Source of the DNA: Takakia lepidozioides
Lineage: Eukaryota > Plantae > Bryophyta
Assembly: GCA_030704615.1 (NCBI GenBank)
Contig: CM060731.1
Coordinates: 21,576,001-21,640,000 of the forward strand
Reading direction: 5' to 3'
DNA length: 64,000 nucleotides
This document shows positions 50,054 to 63,561 of the stretch, one piece after another (the first letter of the stretch is position 1; every line of letters begins with the position of its first letter). The position numbers and the translations under genes were made by a program. The notes under the pieces are model-generated. The model ran no database searches. It saw only the letters and a list, made by a program, of their open reading frames with translations, and was not told the origin of the DNA.

Positions 50054-50958
50054 TGGGGACATCAACCTTGGAGCGTGGGGGAGGAAATGCATGCTTAGCC
50101 CGGCTTAGCTAGCTTAGGAATCCGATTGCAAAAACTTGTATAATGCAAAACGTGCTATAAATGAAATGGCTTCCAAATGTTGTGCGTCCTATTTTGTTTG
50201 GAATGGTGATGCATGGTATGGTTGGCTAGTGTGTAGAATGCATGCTAGCTTATAAAAGTGGGAGAGGTAAATTGGGTTAATCGTGTGTTTGCGTAGTGCC
50301 GAAATCGGGTGACCCCCATCCAAGGGGCAAGGAAACTTGCGCCTTCTTTGGGAGTTCACGTGCTAGTGCGCACCTGGCGCGTGCGCGTACTATAACTGCG
50401 CTACCGAGGGGGTTGCCTTGTAGTGCGAGCTAACGCGGAAGCTACGTGCTTTCGTTCACGTACTATAATCGTGTAGCCTCGGGACGAAGTCGTAGTGCGG
50501 CTTCGGCGTGTTCCCGTACCTCAGGCCAGCATTCCAAGGCAGACCCAATTGTAGTGATTGGGGCGCACGGTTGGTTCAAGGTTATCTTCCTAGTCAAAGA
50601 GGGTTCCAGGTGAACCCTTGCTCAAGGTGATGCCAAAAGCGGCATCATGAGCGGTCGCAAGCAATGTTGTTGCAGTAAGGTGATTCGATCCTCGGGGAGG
50701 ATCGTTCCTTGGCCTTGAAGTAGGCCAAGAAGAGTGCACTGGGAGGAGCTGGAGAGGCTCCACCCTTGGCCGGGACTTGGAGGAAGTCGGCCGAACTAGC
50801 TAGTGGAGAGTAGAATCAAGTGTGGGGTTTGGTTCTTTGCCATGGGACGCCATGGTGCGGAAACAAACTCCTTGATGTGGGACGCCACAACTTGGATGTT
50901 CGTTTCTACAAAATGGACAAGTCGATGAGGACATCGACTCCCTGTTGGTAGGGGTGTG

Positions 50959-51687
50959 TGTCGCGGCCCTTTGCCTTGAGGGCAGGGGGTCGGGACACAT
51001 GAGGGGCTGCCCCTGTGGTGGGGGCAGTGGCAGCGATATGTACGGGGGGCTGAAGCACCCTTGAGTGCCCAAAGCACTCAAGAAGGCGGAGGTGCTCACT
51101 AGGTGGAACCCCGCACACCGGGATGCGGTGGGGGTGGCTTCACAAAGGGGTGGTGGTAGCTTAGCGGGACTTAGTGGGGGTGGCATAGGACTCACCTTGG
51201 GGCGGAGACCTCGTGGTGGGAGTCGTGGGGAGTCTTGGGACTCATTACGGTCCATAAGGGCCGTGGTGGATGGGCCAAGACTCACCGCGACTCATCACCG
51301 GGAGTCGAGGGTTTTCGTGGTGGTTCACCATAAAATGGCATGGTTGTTTATGAAACCCCCGTGGACAGCTACAGAAGTATATATAAGGGGAGTAGTGACC
51401 CCGAGAACGGTGCAAGCCCGTTGGTGACCAAAAACTAGTGAGTAAGCGAGCGAGCCGGAAAGCGACCAAAGAGTGGGGAGCTGTTCCGGACTGCCAACTA
51501 CCAAAGGGAATTCCCGCTGGGCCCAAATCGGTGAAGGGTTCTTTGGGAGATCAAAGGGGGACCGTTATGCCCCGGTGAGCAGCTGAAGCTCCAAGTTGGC
51601 CCGGCGGCCAGGTTGGGAGTTAGGCGCGCGCATCAAAGCGAGTAACTGTGACTTGAAGGGGAGCTTACCGAAGTGAGGTGCGCGACA
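50959..51687 (+). repeat. 3' LTR
   Basis: Direct repeat of the 5' LTR, preceded by a short G-rich PPT-like tract. Confidence 0.95.
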
Positions 51688-54316
51688 ACTTGAGCTTCCA
51701 CCTGCATTGGGTCAAAACAAGCCGGCTGAGGGCGATGGCATCTGTTGAGGCCCCTGTCCAAGTGCATGGAGTCCAAATCGCCACTGCATGTAGAAGGTAA
51801 ATGAATGCTGACACTGGTTTATACCTTGGAGCAGTGGGAGCCTGAGATGTAGTTGGAGGTAATATGTGGTGCTCGTTGCTCTGGTGATAGGGGACTTGAT
51901 CGTTTCCTTTTGTTGTTGGGACAGTGGGCTCTGATGTGACCCAGCATTCCGCAACTAAAGCAAGCTGACAATGAAGCCTCCTCGACGAGCCTGACTGTAA
52001 AGAAATTGCCTTCGTATTCTGGAAGAACTTCTTCATTTGGCATGATGAGCACAAACCGAGCGCAACCATTGTCATTGGGTTTGGAGGCAATAGTCCCTGA
52101 ACTCCAGGCCGGGATTTTCCGAAGCTTTTCAATGCTCATCTGGGGGTCAAAAACATCTATGCAGCCAATGTAGTGTCCAAAATGATTTGCTATGTCCGGG
52201 AGATTGATTAAGTACTGGTCTGGGATAAATGGAACAACAACAATCATAGGGCCCACAGTTTTCCATTTTTGTGCCCCATCTTAAAAGACCATGGGAAGGT
52301 GTTAACATTGAATCCCCTAGAGTGAGGATTCAGGGATAAAGCATGTGTAGCAGCTTCAGGCGTTTCAAATTTGACAGTGTAAAATCCCCTGCCTTTAGCG
52401 TGGTAGAATTGCTGCAACAGTTCCCCCGGACCTCCAAGGTTCTTGACCGCCCAGTCTCTCACAAGGGTCCTATTCACTTTCCTCCCTGCGAAGTGTACAA
52501 GAATGGTGAGTTCATGTAGAGATTTAACCTCCTTGAAAGTGTTTTGAAGGTCCACTTTGATTGTGGGGTAGATCTTGCTGATTTTTGCCTGCGAGGACTC
52601 TGAGAGGTTCAGCCACTCCTCTGGTTGAAAGGAAGGGGTTGGATCTTCTGGGGGAAAGAAGTCTGCTGCTGGCAGATGAGGACTGGGTTGAAGAGGAAAG
52701 GGTGGGGGATGGAGGGAGGGGGGGGGGGGGATACACCTTGGAGGCTCTGTCCCACCACTCAGTTTGGATTGGGCTTGGTGAGCAAGAAAGAAGCTTGTCC
52801 CAGAAGACGGTTGGGGTCTTCCCAACTGGGGGGGGGGTGCTGAGGGCCTCGGACGCATCTCCTGAATTCCTTTCAGTTTGAGCTGAGCGTTTGCAGGGGG
52901 AGCCATGGAAACCTGAGCAATCTAACCTGGAGAAAGGGTTTAGGGGTTTTTAAGAGAAGCAAGGGAAACCGCCACCCAACTAAATGTAGCTACCGCTTAC
53001 GGTTGCTGTCACTTGGCAGATGCCACTTCAGCTGCTTAAGACCCCAAAGAGGCAATAGAAGCACTAATCCTGTAGATTACCCGAAGAGGAACCCGTCTCA
53101 AGCTGATAAATGGGATAAGCAGCCACCACGAGAGGGGGCGATAAAGAGGCGTTCCACAGCCGCAGAGGACACTTAGAGGGATTAGATAAAATTTCACTAT
53201 GCTCCTGAAAGACTAATCGGCACTAATCTCACTCATTAGACTCTAATGGAGACCACGAAAGCGCGGCAAGAGGGCTCACTTGGAAACACAAGATTAGAAG
53301 GGAAAGAGAGTGGGGCAGCATGGGAAAGTTAGGGAAGGAGGGGTGAGTCACTAAAAGCCTTAAATGCTGCTTGGCGGCTGAAAGGACTACCCTCCTTCAC
53401 GAGAGGGGAGCTTCAGTTAAGGATATGGCGATGAATGGGTAGTGAATGTTAATGAAAAGGAGAACAGAAAAACGAGGTGGGTACAAGCAATAGAGATTGA
53501 ACTCATAGGCAAAAACTATGGATAGAAAGCATGCGGTCCGTTGCGCTCCTCTCCGCCATCGAGAAAAAAATGCACTATTCATCCTAATACTATGGAACCA
53601 GCTGTATTGAAAAATAACTTCTTTTCAATACCAGGACCCAGCTGGTATTAACCTGCCCAACACTCGCTATTTACTCTCATGGTACCATGCAATGCAGAGC
53701 TTGCGTCTTCAACTTCAAACCCCTCAATTGTGGGTGGGTGAAGGTGCCACAAGCTTCACGGCGGGTGCACCATTTTCACATTATCGTCCTGACTTTTTGC
53801 AATATGCCTGCAAAAACTATTAAAAAACACTTTCGATCATCTTGTGTTATGGATGTATTGTTCCCCCCCAGGTCGTAGTGCACATAGATCTGAACGAGAA
53901 TCTTAAGAGAATTTGCTTCCCGAAAAAGAATCCATAGAAACTTGGGATATGGCACAGTTGATAGATGGATGGACTGTGGCAACTACTAAACACCCACTCA
54001 AAAGCTTTCTTTATGAGACAGAAGCATTTCCAGTTTTTTTTCCAGTTACATACGCGAACAAAACAGGTTTTGTCTCAGCCCCCATGATAAACTCGAACAA
54101 AGATCCAAGTTTTCTAGAACATAACTCAAAGATAGGAGTTCCTAGAATATGGCAGCTTTCTGTCTTCTCCGTTGCACCAGGTGGAGGCAGTTACAAAGAG
54201 AAAGCCTTTGACATTTTCTCACTCATGTCAGCAATCTGAAGCCCCACAAAACCTATTGCGTCTGTAAGTGGAGAAGATCTTATCTAGTTACTAATCACAA
54301 GAGTACACAAACATCC

Positions 54317-57300
54317 CTACCGTCGATCAGTCTTGCCTGTGGAACGCTTGCCGGAGAACAAATGCTTGGGCTTAAGGTTATAGTGAACACGATCAGCTTC
54401 TCCTTTTCTGGCATCCTTGTTTCGTTGCTTCACTGCCTTCTTACCTATCTTCATGGCCTTAACCTTTTGTGCACTATCCTTGTAACCTTCACCTGCGGCC
54501 AGTAGGTTTTAGAGAAGGTCAGAATTAAGAAATTCAATTCAAGCACCCTGGGCTGCACATTCTCTTCCAGCAGGTTTACACAGCACGAAATTCTCAACAG
54601 TGAAAATAGACATAAATCACAAGACTTTGGCCATGGTTGCTTCCTAAAAACAAATCCAGCAATTGGAAGTTTGAACACTACCCAAGGGGAATTCTAGGAC
54701 CCTTCGATCAGGACCAAACAAGCTTTCATCAACACCCAGATGAGATTATTACCCCCACCTTATCAAAAGGGAACTCTCTCTTATCTTAAGCATTTAATGC
54801 ATACCAATAAGTCTTAGTAACAGTCCTGCAGTAATTATTAACGTTTCTCGGTGCTACCAGAGACTTGCAAGTCCACAAGGGTATAAACAACTCAGAATCT
54901 AGTCTTGGTTACAAAACACTCCTCATAGGGCATCATAGGGTGTAGTTTCTTCCCTCCCCACAAAGGGTTCCAGAACCAACAACTCTTACACTCCATGTAT
55001 CACTGAGAAAAAAGAAAAGTTTATCTTATTAGCAGGAACCAATCCAAACTCAACGGCATACCTGCAACCGCTTCAGTATGTGGGCGGGACATGGATCGTG
55101 ACCGTGAGCGCATCCGCTTGTTAGGCTGCTCGTCGATGTCCATGGCGTCATTCCCACCAACAGACCTGTCTCTCTTCCGTCTTCCCCTTGAAGCTGACCG
55201 ACTCCGGACCCTCTCTAGTGCTGCACTTGGATCCAAGCCCAAGCTAGAGAGATGTTGACCCATTCTACCACTTGTGAACTGGCGATCACGGTCGTGCTTT
55301 CGGGGCATGACTGGTTTGTTGTCGGCAGTTGACTTTTTCAGGCGATGCTCCTCCAGTAGCTTTTTCTTTTTCCGACGGATTGCCACAAGAGCCTCCATCT
55401 CCTCTGCTGTCAATTCCTGTTTGGACACACAAAGTACCCCATGCTGCTTTCAATCCAGTCCTGCAATCTAGTTGTTACCTCAGTTCCTTATACACAGCCA
55501 AGGCACATGGGCCTGCCCTAAACAAGTCAGAAGTGGCCAGAATCAAATTGATACTTACCAAACCATCCACCAGAGAGAAAGGGCCACATGGCCTTCACTA
55601 GGACAGAAGTACCCCTGACTAATCCCTTCTCCCATCCAGTACGTAAAACTGTGAAAATAGTTTACACCTGCCCTCCCTCTCCTAGTTCCCCTCTCTGCCC
55701 CTCGTATGAACTCTGAAATTCACTCAAGACAAATATCAACAACCTGACTAACCTGATCACTCATATCTTCATCCTCTTCCATTTGAGCAGTTGCCGCCCT
55801 CTCATCCTCCTCCCTCTCGAGTTCATCCAGCCTTAGTAAAATGTCAGCATCCACAAAGTCAGCAATATTATGGCCATCAATAATCTCAGGCACAATGTCC
55901 TCCTTCCAGTCTGAATCCAACAAAAGGTAATGCTTCCGAAGATTAGCCGAATATACCCCTGTCAACACAGTACAAACAAGTCAAAAATTTAGAATTTTGG
56001 GCCTTGGCACTTTTCACACCATATCCATTGCCTCCCCATCTTCACTCAGAGCAATAAGAATAGCAGTGTTGAACAGAAGTTCGGTTCAAAGCATACAACC
56101 CGGACCCAACAAACCCCTTTCCTATATCTTCTGACCTGCACCCCCATTCTCATTCTCCAAGTCCTTCTCCAATTTCCTGCCCTCTGCAGGCTTGACAGCC
56201 AGAGCTTGGGCCTCGAGCACTGCAGTTGGTATGCATGGGGGTCGCTCTTTCTGGTCTCTTTGCCTTGGCATTGCAACATGTATGCGATTCAAACAATCAT
56301 TGATCTTCTTTGATTTCATCTTCACCTCCACACGCTGCTGGAGCAGCTTTTCACATGCAGCATTCTTGACTGCAATAACACCCTCCTCTGTCAATGTACT
56401 CATGGTCAACAGGCAACCTTCGTCATCAGCTGGGGCAGCATCAATAAGTCCAGCCCCAGCTTTTGCAGCTTCTTGCTTCATCTCTTGTAAGAGACGAGCA
56501 TCGGATTCTGGCAGTGTCTCTAGTGGTTGAATATCAGTTTTGTTGCACGCGATGATGAGAGGCTTGTTTGCAAACAATGGTCTGATGGAGTGGAAGAGAG
56601 ACGCTTGCTGAGCTATGCTGTAGCCACAAGAGCCGGAGAGGTCAACAACAAAGAGGACAGCAGCTCGGAGGTAAGCAAGTGCAGTTATGCTCAGCATTTC
56701 AATTGTGTTACACTCCTCCAGAGGGTGATCCAGAATCCCAGGAGTATCGATCACCTGGCCAAGTGATTTTGATTTGGTGAACACATTTCAAAAGATAAGA
56801 AGTGGCTCTTACTAAATAAACTGTTTCACTTGAAAAGCTAGGCAGGAAGGAGAATCCATTTGTGGAAACAGAAATTTTGAGCAGATGAGGTACACAAGAA
56901 AGACAACAATCAACAGTAAGGTGGTTTGATGTCTAGTGGTACTACTGCCAATACCTATCTGAACTCCATGCAAGTGCCAGTTCCCATAGAAACTACAGCC
57001 ACAACCAGGAAACAGTGGTAAAACTTAGTACCATCAAATGGTAACACTCACTAGAACGGCGACGATTTACCTGCCAACGGAGATACTTGTAGTCAGTGTG
57101 GCCAACAAAAAGGGACTTGGTAGTGAACGCATAGGGCTGGACATCAACATCAGCACGTGTGACCTTATTGATAAAGCTGCTCTTGCCCACATTTGGGTAG
57201 CCACAGATGAGAATGGTTCGTGTGTTAGGGTCAATGGAGGGTAGCCTGGACATGTGCTGCCTGACCTGCAGCACGCAAGATGACATTTCAACAGGAAGCA

Positions 57301-58369
57301 GCATACACTTCTCATCTGCTCCAATTCATAACAACAGGTGGAACCATGGTTATCTACCACCACATCCACATATGAGAAGAGTTTGTAAGATTCTTGTTTT
57401 ACCAAACCTCATCGTCACAATGCTCCATTCCAGTGCCCATGCATAACCTACAAAGTGTCCTTAACCAGTCACTGTCAACTTGAGAGAAGCTCGAATCCAG
57501 CATAAATCAGCACCACCTCCCCTTGCAGATAATGCACCCTGTCAGAGGTGGGTTCTGTAGAACTCGATAGACCATCATTGAAATTGGCGCTTTCACAATA
57601 CTTTCAAAACACTGACTTGCGATGGAAGGAAAGCCTACTGACCTGCTCCAGGTATGCCAAGCTAGGGCTGACTCGCTTCATCACTGTGCACATCCGCCCT
57701 AACGCCGCCTTCTTCAGCTGCTTGCACCTACAGTACCACTGTTGTCACAATTGTCGCTAATACTTTCGTTCTCACCATTCTTCTAAAAAATGGAAGCCCG
57801 GCCTGACACCTAGGCTTCCCAATTATGACCACAACAGAGGCTTTGCTAGAGAATCTTCACAACAGCTTCCATCAAGTTGAACCAAATCAACTGTTAGAAA
57901 AGACAAAGGCAAATAATTTCATCCTTGACTGTAGATAAGCCAAAGAGGATCTGAGGCAGGACCTATCGGCTTAGATACAAAGCAGTAGAACTGACCTGTA
58001 GAGCGAGTCGCCATACTTGAGAAGACGAACATAATCCTTGGATATCTTCTCTATCAAATTTCGGGCGGTGTTCAGCTGTCCCAGAGCAAGCTTGTAATGA
58101 TCTTTGTCATAGAGGTGATTCAAAAGCTCTCCATAAAAAGGATGGATGTCATCAAGACGTGGAAAGTCCTCCAGGATGGTGGAGATTTTCTCATGGAAGT
58201 TTGTCTGTGTGTACTTAACCTTTCGCATGTAAAACTGCCGAATGCGAGTGATGGCATAGCCCTTATGGACCACAGTTGGCGTCTGCCGCTGAGTACGCGA
58301 CAAAATGATGTCCACGAAATCCTTGCCTGTAGGCACGACCGTTATCTTCTTGAAGTTATAGAGCACCAT
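54317..58369 (-). CDS. NOG1: Nucleolar GTP-binding protein 1 (60S biogenesis GTPase), 7 exons
   Basis: Exons 57996-58369, 57643-57727, 57071-57265, 56136-56754, 55753-55958, 55062-55416 and 54317-54492, all GT-AG. Motifs [30 protein letters not shown], and C-terminal [16 protein letters not shown]. Confidence 0.97.
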
Positions 58370-58554
58370 CGTGCCTGCCTTCTCGCTCCCTCGCTCGCAC
58401 TCTGCACCGAAGTCCTTAGATGCTTCTAATGTAAGTTATCGAAGGCAGAATCAGCAATAAAGAAACAACGGAAGAGAGAAAAAGGAACTAGACTTGACAC
58501 ACCACAGACCAGGGAGAGAGCATCCTTTCGAGAGAGTGGATTGCCAGTGGCGGA

Positions 58555-58770
58555 AGTAAACCCTAGAAAACCCTAGAAGCCAGAAAAGAGGCGCATATCT
58601 GATCCATGATCGATCAAGTCTTACGTAATCTTATCCCTAACTTAGGTCCATTACCTACATAATTAGGGTTCCTGATTTTTGCCTGGTGTTTTTAGTGAGG
58701 AGGGAGGATGTTGTTGCGAGCTCCTAGTACATCTGAAAAACTTTTTTTTTTCAGGGTTTAGGGTTTAGTG
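58555..58770. promoter_or_regulatory. Telo-box-like (AAACCCTA/TAGGGTT) motifs upstream of NOG1
   Basis: AAACCCTA at about 58558 and 58568; TAGGGTT at about 58664 and 58759. Telo-boxes are typical of plant ribosome-biogenesis promoters. Confidence 0.55.
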
Positions 58771-59829
58771 GGTAGGTACCAGTGTAACCGCCAGGTCCGG
58801 TTCGGGTATCCACGAACCGGACCTGGCCCACATCTGCAGAACCGGAACCGGCCAATAGGGATCAGCGCAGAACCGGAACTGCCGGTTGAAGTTGGGATCA
58901 CGCGCGTGTGAACCGGCTACTGGGGGGAAACCTCTCAGGCCCGGGTCATGGGTCGCGGCGGGTCACCCCTCGTTCCGTGCGTGGGGCCCGCTGTCTGTCC
59001 CACAGGTGAGAATTAAATACCCAATTATTCAAAAATGAGAGGCCATTGATTTGGAGCTTTTCTTATGAAATTGAAAACATAAAAACATTAGAAGGTCTAG
59101 GGAGAGGATCTAGGGCGCTGGAAGTGTGGTGCAACAAGGCACGTCTTCAAGTGCTCACGTTGCATGCGCAACTCGATGCCTTGGATCGAGCTGTGGATGC
59201 AGTCGTAATCCGATGGATATGCAACATATAGCTTCTGCACGTAGCTGTTCATCTATGGGCGGCTGGAAAGGCAAAGATACTTGCGCGAGCTGCGAGAGAG
59301 AAATGAAATGGTACTTTATTACGCGATAGGGAGTGAGAGAGACTGGTCGAGAGAGCAAAGTAAGTGAGAGGGAGGACCATGAGACATGTAGATTTCTAAG
59401 TAAAGTTTGTGGGTAATACGTAGGACTCGCTACGTATATAAAGTGAAGAGAGGAAACATTGGGCTCACCAGGAGCTGGAGGTAACTCCTTTGAACATAAC
59501 GTGTAGTGTACTTCGATGACTCCCGGGCATTTCTTAGCATTAAAAGCTCAGGAGTTAAAGTTCTGAAGAATAGTCGCAATGAGTACGCAAGTTGTTTGGA
59601 CAGCGAGCCGAATTGACGGACTGGATGGATTTCAATCTATATCACGGGAGAGCTCTCGGCACCGCAGATACTGGTCACTCATTCGTCATAGTCTGTGAGG
59701 GAAAGCTGAGGTGATCGCATTAGACTCGCTGGAGATTCATGCCCACAGTTTGTACAACCATTTTTCCACGAACATCCGATTCATTCCTGACCAAGGCTCT
59801 CTAAATATAGAGCAGTGCAGACCCTTAAA

Positions 59830-61515
59830 ATGACAGAGCCCGTAGAAGTAGGTGCCAAAGAAGGAAAGGGAGACCCGGGCCAGCAAGTGGAATGGGGTTG
59901 CACTTTTGCCACTAGCTTCTGCCATGCCGAGGATGGAAGACTACAGCGGGTGCCATTACAAGATTACGATGCAAGTTTTGAGGATGCCTCGAACTACCAC
60001 CGAAGGTCGCTGCACAAGCCTATCCCCTCAGGTAATAAAACATATCTGTCGTATCTGTTATTACACGTACATTTCGTTCGAACGAACATGTTTTGATTAA
60101 TCCTTCTAACGTTCCGGCTTTGAAAGGGGATCAATTGGCTTCTCGAATGTCTTGAAGTTACGTGTTGTACACCTGATTTTCTTCCTCGTGAACTTATAGT
60201 CGTGAGATTGTCAAAGCGTCGACAGCTAATCTGACAAATGAGAAGTCCACTTGTAAGGCTCACCGCCTTCCTAAGTGGACAATTCTTCTTCTACTTCATG
60301 AATACAAGCGGGGCCGTTGTCTGCACTTGGTCCAGGACCAATTGTAAACTAAGAACTGACTCGTACATTTCAAGAATGAGAGACATGAGGTCTACTTGTG
60401 GATGACGGGAGATCTACTTTCTCTAGCTGCAGTGAATTATGTGCATGCATAATCTATGTTGGGAGTCAGCATCTGCGTCCTAGCCTGGCAAAATGTTTCT
60501 TTCTGAGATCATATTAAATTTAATGTTCAGAATGTCAAATGATGAAGTTGATAAGAAAAGAATCTTCACATGTGACCGTATGCATCTCTAGGTACTTGAA
60601 TTCATCGTGCATGGATACTTTTCAAGAGAATTAGACTTCGACGAGCTCGGATCTTTTCAACTATACACACTGGTAGTTATGTCGAAGAGATTTGGTGGTT
60701 TATGTACAAGTGTATAGGCCCTAGATACATGTAGTGAATTACTCTTAGCCCTCATTTTAATGCATGTGCGCAGAAATTGGCAGCTCCACGGGTCTTAAAT
60801 CACCTGTCTGGGACTTGTCTCTGAACATTTAGGTATCTCGGCAACACCGGCCCCGATCATGTGGCCGACCCAAGCAACCTCTATATGGAACACCAGTGAT
60901 GCCATCCCTGGACTTGCAAGCGTGTACTTTCGTAGAGGCGAAGAGATAGATGATACCATGTGTATGGATGCAGGCCATGATGGGAGTATGCCATCTCGGG
61001 AGGTCTTTGCACGTAAGGTTTTGAGAAAGAGGGTGCGAGATTACCAGAAAGAAGTGGACAAGCTGGAGAGGCGAGCCGATGCCTTAAAACAAGATCTCTG
61101 GCAAATGTTCAACATTTTTTTCGTGTTTTTGGGAGTTCTGTTCACGGGCGTCGCTCAGGCCTCGATGTTGCGTTGTAAGCATTTGTGGGTGCCTGTCATT
61201 CTGTGTACTCTTGGGTCCACGGTTGTGGGTGTAGCTACACTCCAAAGGCTTTCCTCTATGCAATTGTGCAAAGTCATGGTTAAGGCGTCGGAAATGGTGC
61301 GGGAATTTGCTTACAAACGGTTGAGTGTGGCTGTGGAAAATGAGCTACCTCAGGATGAGGACTACTTCTTTGAGATGTACTTCCGGGAATTTCAAGGCAC
61401 AGCGAAGAATCTGGTGGCTACTGAGTTCTACAGGCGGAAAGTATACCTTATTGCCTTTATCTTTCTCATCTACTGTGTGATGCTTGCTGCCTTTCGGCAG
61501 ATTCTCTGTCTGTAA
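59830..61515 (+). CDS. Uncharacterised plant membrane protein (coiled coil + about 3 TM helices), probably 2 exons
   Basis: ORF 60859..61515 has hydrophobic segments (FNIFFVFLGVLFTGVAQ; LWVPVILCTLG; YLIAFIFLIY). A phase-1 intron 60032-60832 joins it in frame to an exon starting at ATG 59830. Confidence 0.65.
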
Positions 61516-63561
61516 ATCCTTCTCATTCTGAAAAACTTCAAGTGCTCACACAACTCACTACAGTCTCTGTCAACTTAGTAGGTTCCTTTCATGATGGCGA
61601 GTTAAGTTTAGTACAAGAGTATAGGTGGTTGATCGTTCCAATTATTCGAAGCGGAGCAGGCGGATACTCCAAAAGCCCAAGTAGTTTCACGCAGCAATGA
61701 TCCGAGAAGCTAATCTAAGAGGTCGATCTGATCCCGGCCACTTGATCTATTCGCCGATAAGTTAGTATATGGCCTGCGTATACTAGAGTTGTAAGTAATT
61801 ACAATATAACAGACGAAGACGTCGACGATGAAGACCTAGCAATTCCTCCATTCCATTCAAGGCCCAACTTGATGTATTCCCTGCGTTATCCACCAGTCTT
61901 GAATTGTGCATGAGAGGCCGGAGCTCCTTGTGACAATCCGGGAAGCAGCAGTGCCACGCACGATCAATCTCTGCTGCCAATTTTAACGCGGCACAGTCCA
62001 CTTCCAAAGCTCGCAGACTGCTGCGATCGAGGAAATCTCGGCCACATTCCTCTACATATAGAAAACCATGTTCAGGTCAGTCAACATCGCCTCACTAGGC
62101 GGAGTTCCAACTGTGCCGTCTTGTCTTCCGGAGCACCCACATAGGTAGTTGCGCTGTTGGCCAAGGGCCAATTTACCTGAAACACCCACACGCGCACCAG
62201 AAACAAAAATTTTCATCATTCCTATTAATTATAACACGTTTTTGGCTGCAACAGTGCCCAGTAAACATCTGCTCCTGTGCAGCAATACAATATACATATG
62301 ACGCACGTACTGTCCCAACAGAGGCCTCACTGCACTAAACAACTGTTGCCTGCAGCCCTTGTGAAGTTCTGTCCCACCACACAACAGATACAAGAATCAG
62401 AAACAAAAGTGAAGTATCATACTGCCTTTTCTATAGCAAAAATGGCAACTCATGACGTCCAGTATGAGTCAGGTGCCTATCACAGCAAATGATCGGGAGT
62501 GGCTGCAAGTCGTTAGAGACAAGTATACCCAGTGGGCCCATTGCAAGTCGGCAACCACCGAACACAATCAGGATCTGTCGTCTCGCATCTTCCATGCGAG
62601 ACGGAGACAGAGAGAGAGAGAGCCTCCGCGAAGCCACTTGTTGAGGTCTTAGAGACTCAGGGAAACAACGAGACGGACTCGGGAAGCTGACAAACACCGA
62701 AAATAAAATAAAACAGACGACAAAAAGAAATTGTCACCCGTTAACAAACGGAGAGAAAAGGTGAGCCTGCCGGCAACTGCCACCTTTTTATGAAAAGGTG
62801 CGCCTCTCGACGAGGATGTTGGGTCAAGAAAACCGGCCGGTCAAAGAGACCGCGTGGATACTGGAACCCGTGATGTTATCTGACCGATGGACCCGTGAGA
62901 TACGTGTTCGATAGCAGACCGGGGAAAGCTTCCTAGTGGTTAGGGCTAATCGCGGCGTAAGTGGGAACTTGTAATATATGGATCACGGGTCGTCTTCGTC
63001 TTGGTCGAGCTCGGGTGTGGCGGAGCGTGTGGGGCCCTGTCGTCTTCTGCAAGCGCTTTCCTACAGCGACGAAGCTTGCAGGTTTCCTTTGGCCGCTTCA
63101 GCAGAGTTCCGTGTGGGGCTTTGCAAGAGTAGGGAGATTGAGGACTGGGTTGTCGAGGGATACTTGATTTGGGCCAGATCTCTTATTTGAGTCGGTGGGT
63201 CGTGAGTCGCATAGAACCTCGAATGTTTCCTCGCAATTCTGCTGTCCGTGTTGTGATTTCCTTCCTGGGAGTCTCAGTTGGCAGGCTGAAGGCGTCGGAA
63301 TACTTGTAGTTTGGTTCTTCTCCCCTTTCTTATTTCATGTGTTCTGGCATTGGAAGAGAGGGAAGATAGAGGAGTTGTAATGCTGAAGAGTTAACTTGTT
63401 TTTCTGAGAACTGATTGGTTTTTTTCAACTGAAGTATCTCACATTGTGACAAAAGAGGAATTTGATCACTCGATAGGATCCAGGAAGGTTGGCATACTCA
63501 GAGAGAATCGGAGGCACAGGAGAAGGCAGGGGAATCGCACAACATTCATGAACTGAAAGAA

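Larger units (their letters stand above)
44708..51687 (+). mobile_element. Ty3/gypsy chromovirus LTR retrotransposon, full length but with inactivating lesions
   Basis: 729-bp LTRs (TG..CA) at 44708-45436 and 50959-51687, about 18 differences by eye. 5-bp TSD ATTTG/ACTTG. tRNA-iMet PBS TGGTATCAGAGC at 45439. Domain order gag(CCHC)-PR(DTGA)-RT(YIDD)-RH-IN(HHCC,DDE)-chromodomain. Confidence 0.97.
42270..53400 (-). mobile_element. Non-LTR retrotransposon: L1-like ORF1 and APE start joined to a restriction-like endonuclease 3' end; no RT; interrupted by Ty3/gypsy
   Basis: ORF1: GRGFYTVKF..ALSLNP (DUF4283-like) and CFSCGMLGHIRAHC. APE: SWNIRGLG, IFIQEHKL, YAPN..EFWQLL. RLE: IHFIEFTICHD..KRQKY..L..GTRG. 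Outer boundaries approximate. Confidence 0.7.

Noticed and set aside
42254-53598. TATGGAAC as TSD of the L1/RLE element
   Set aside because: An 8-mer match is expected by chance given how uncertain both boundaries are.
53913-54239. 108-aa + strand ORF
   Set aside because: No ATG start or motif; lies antisense in the probable NOG1 3' UTR.
61783-62697. Possible spliced minus-strand gene
   Set aside because: Short frames with no recognisable homology and no consistent in-frame splice model.
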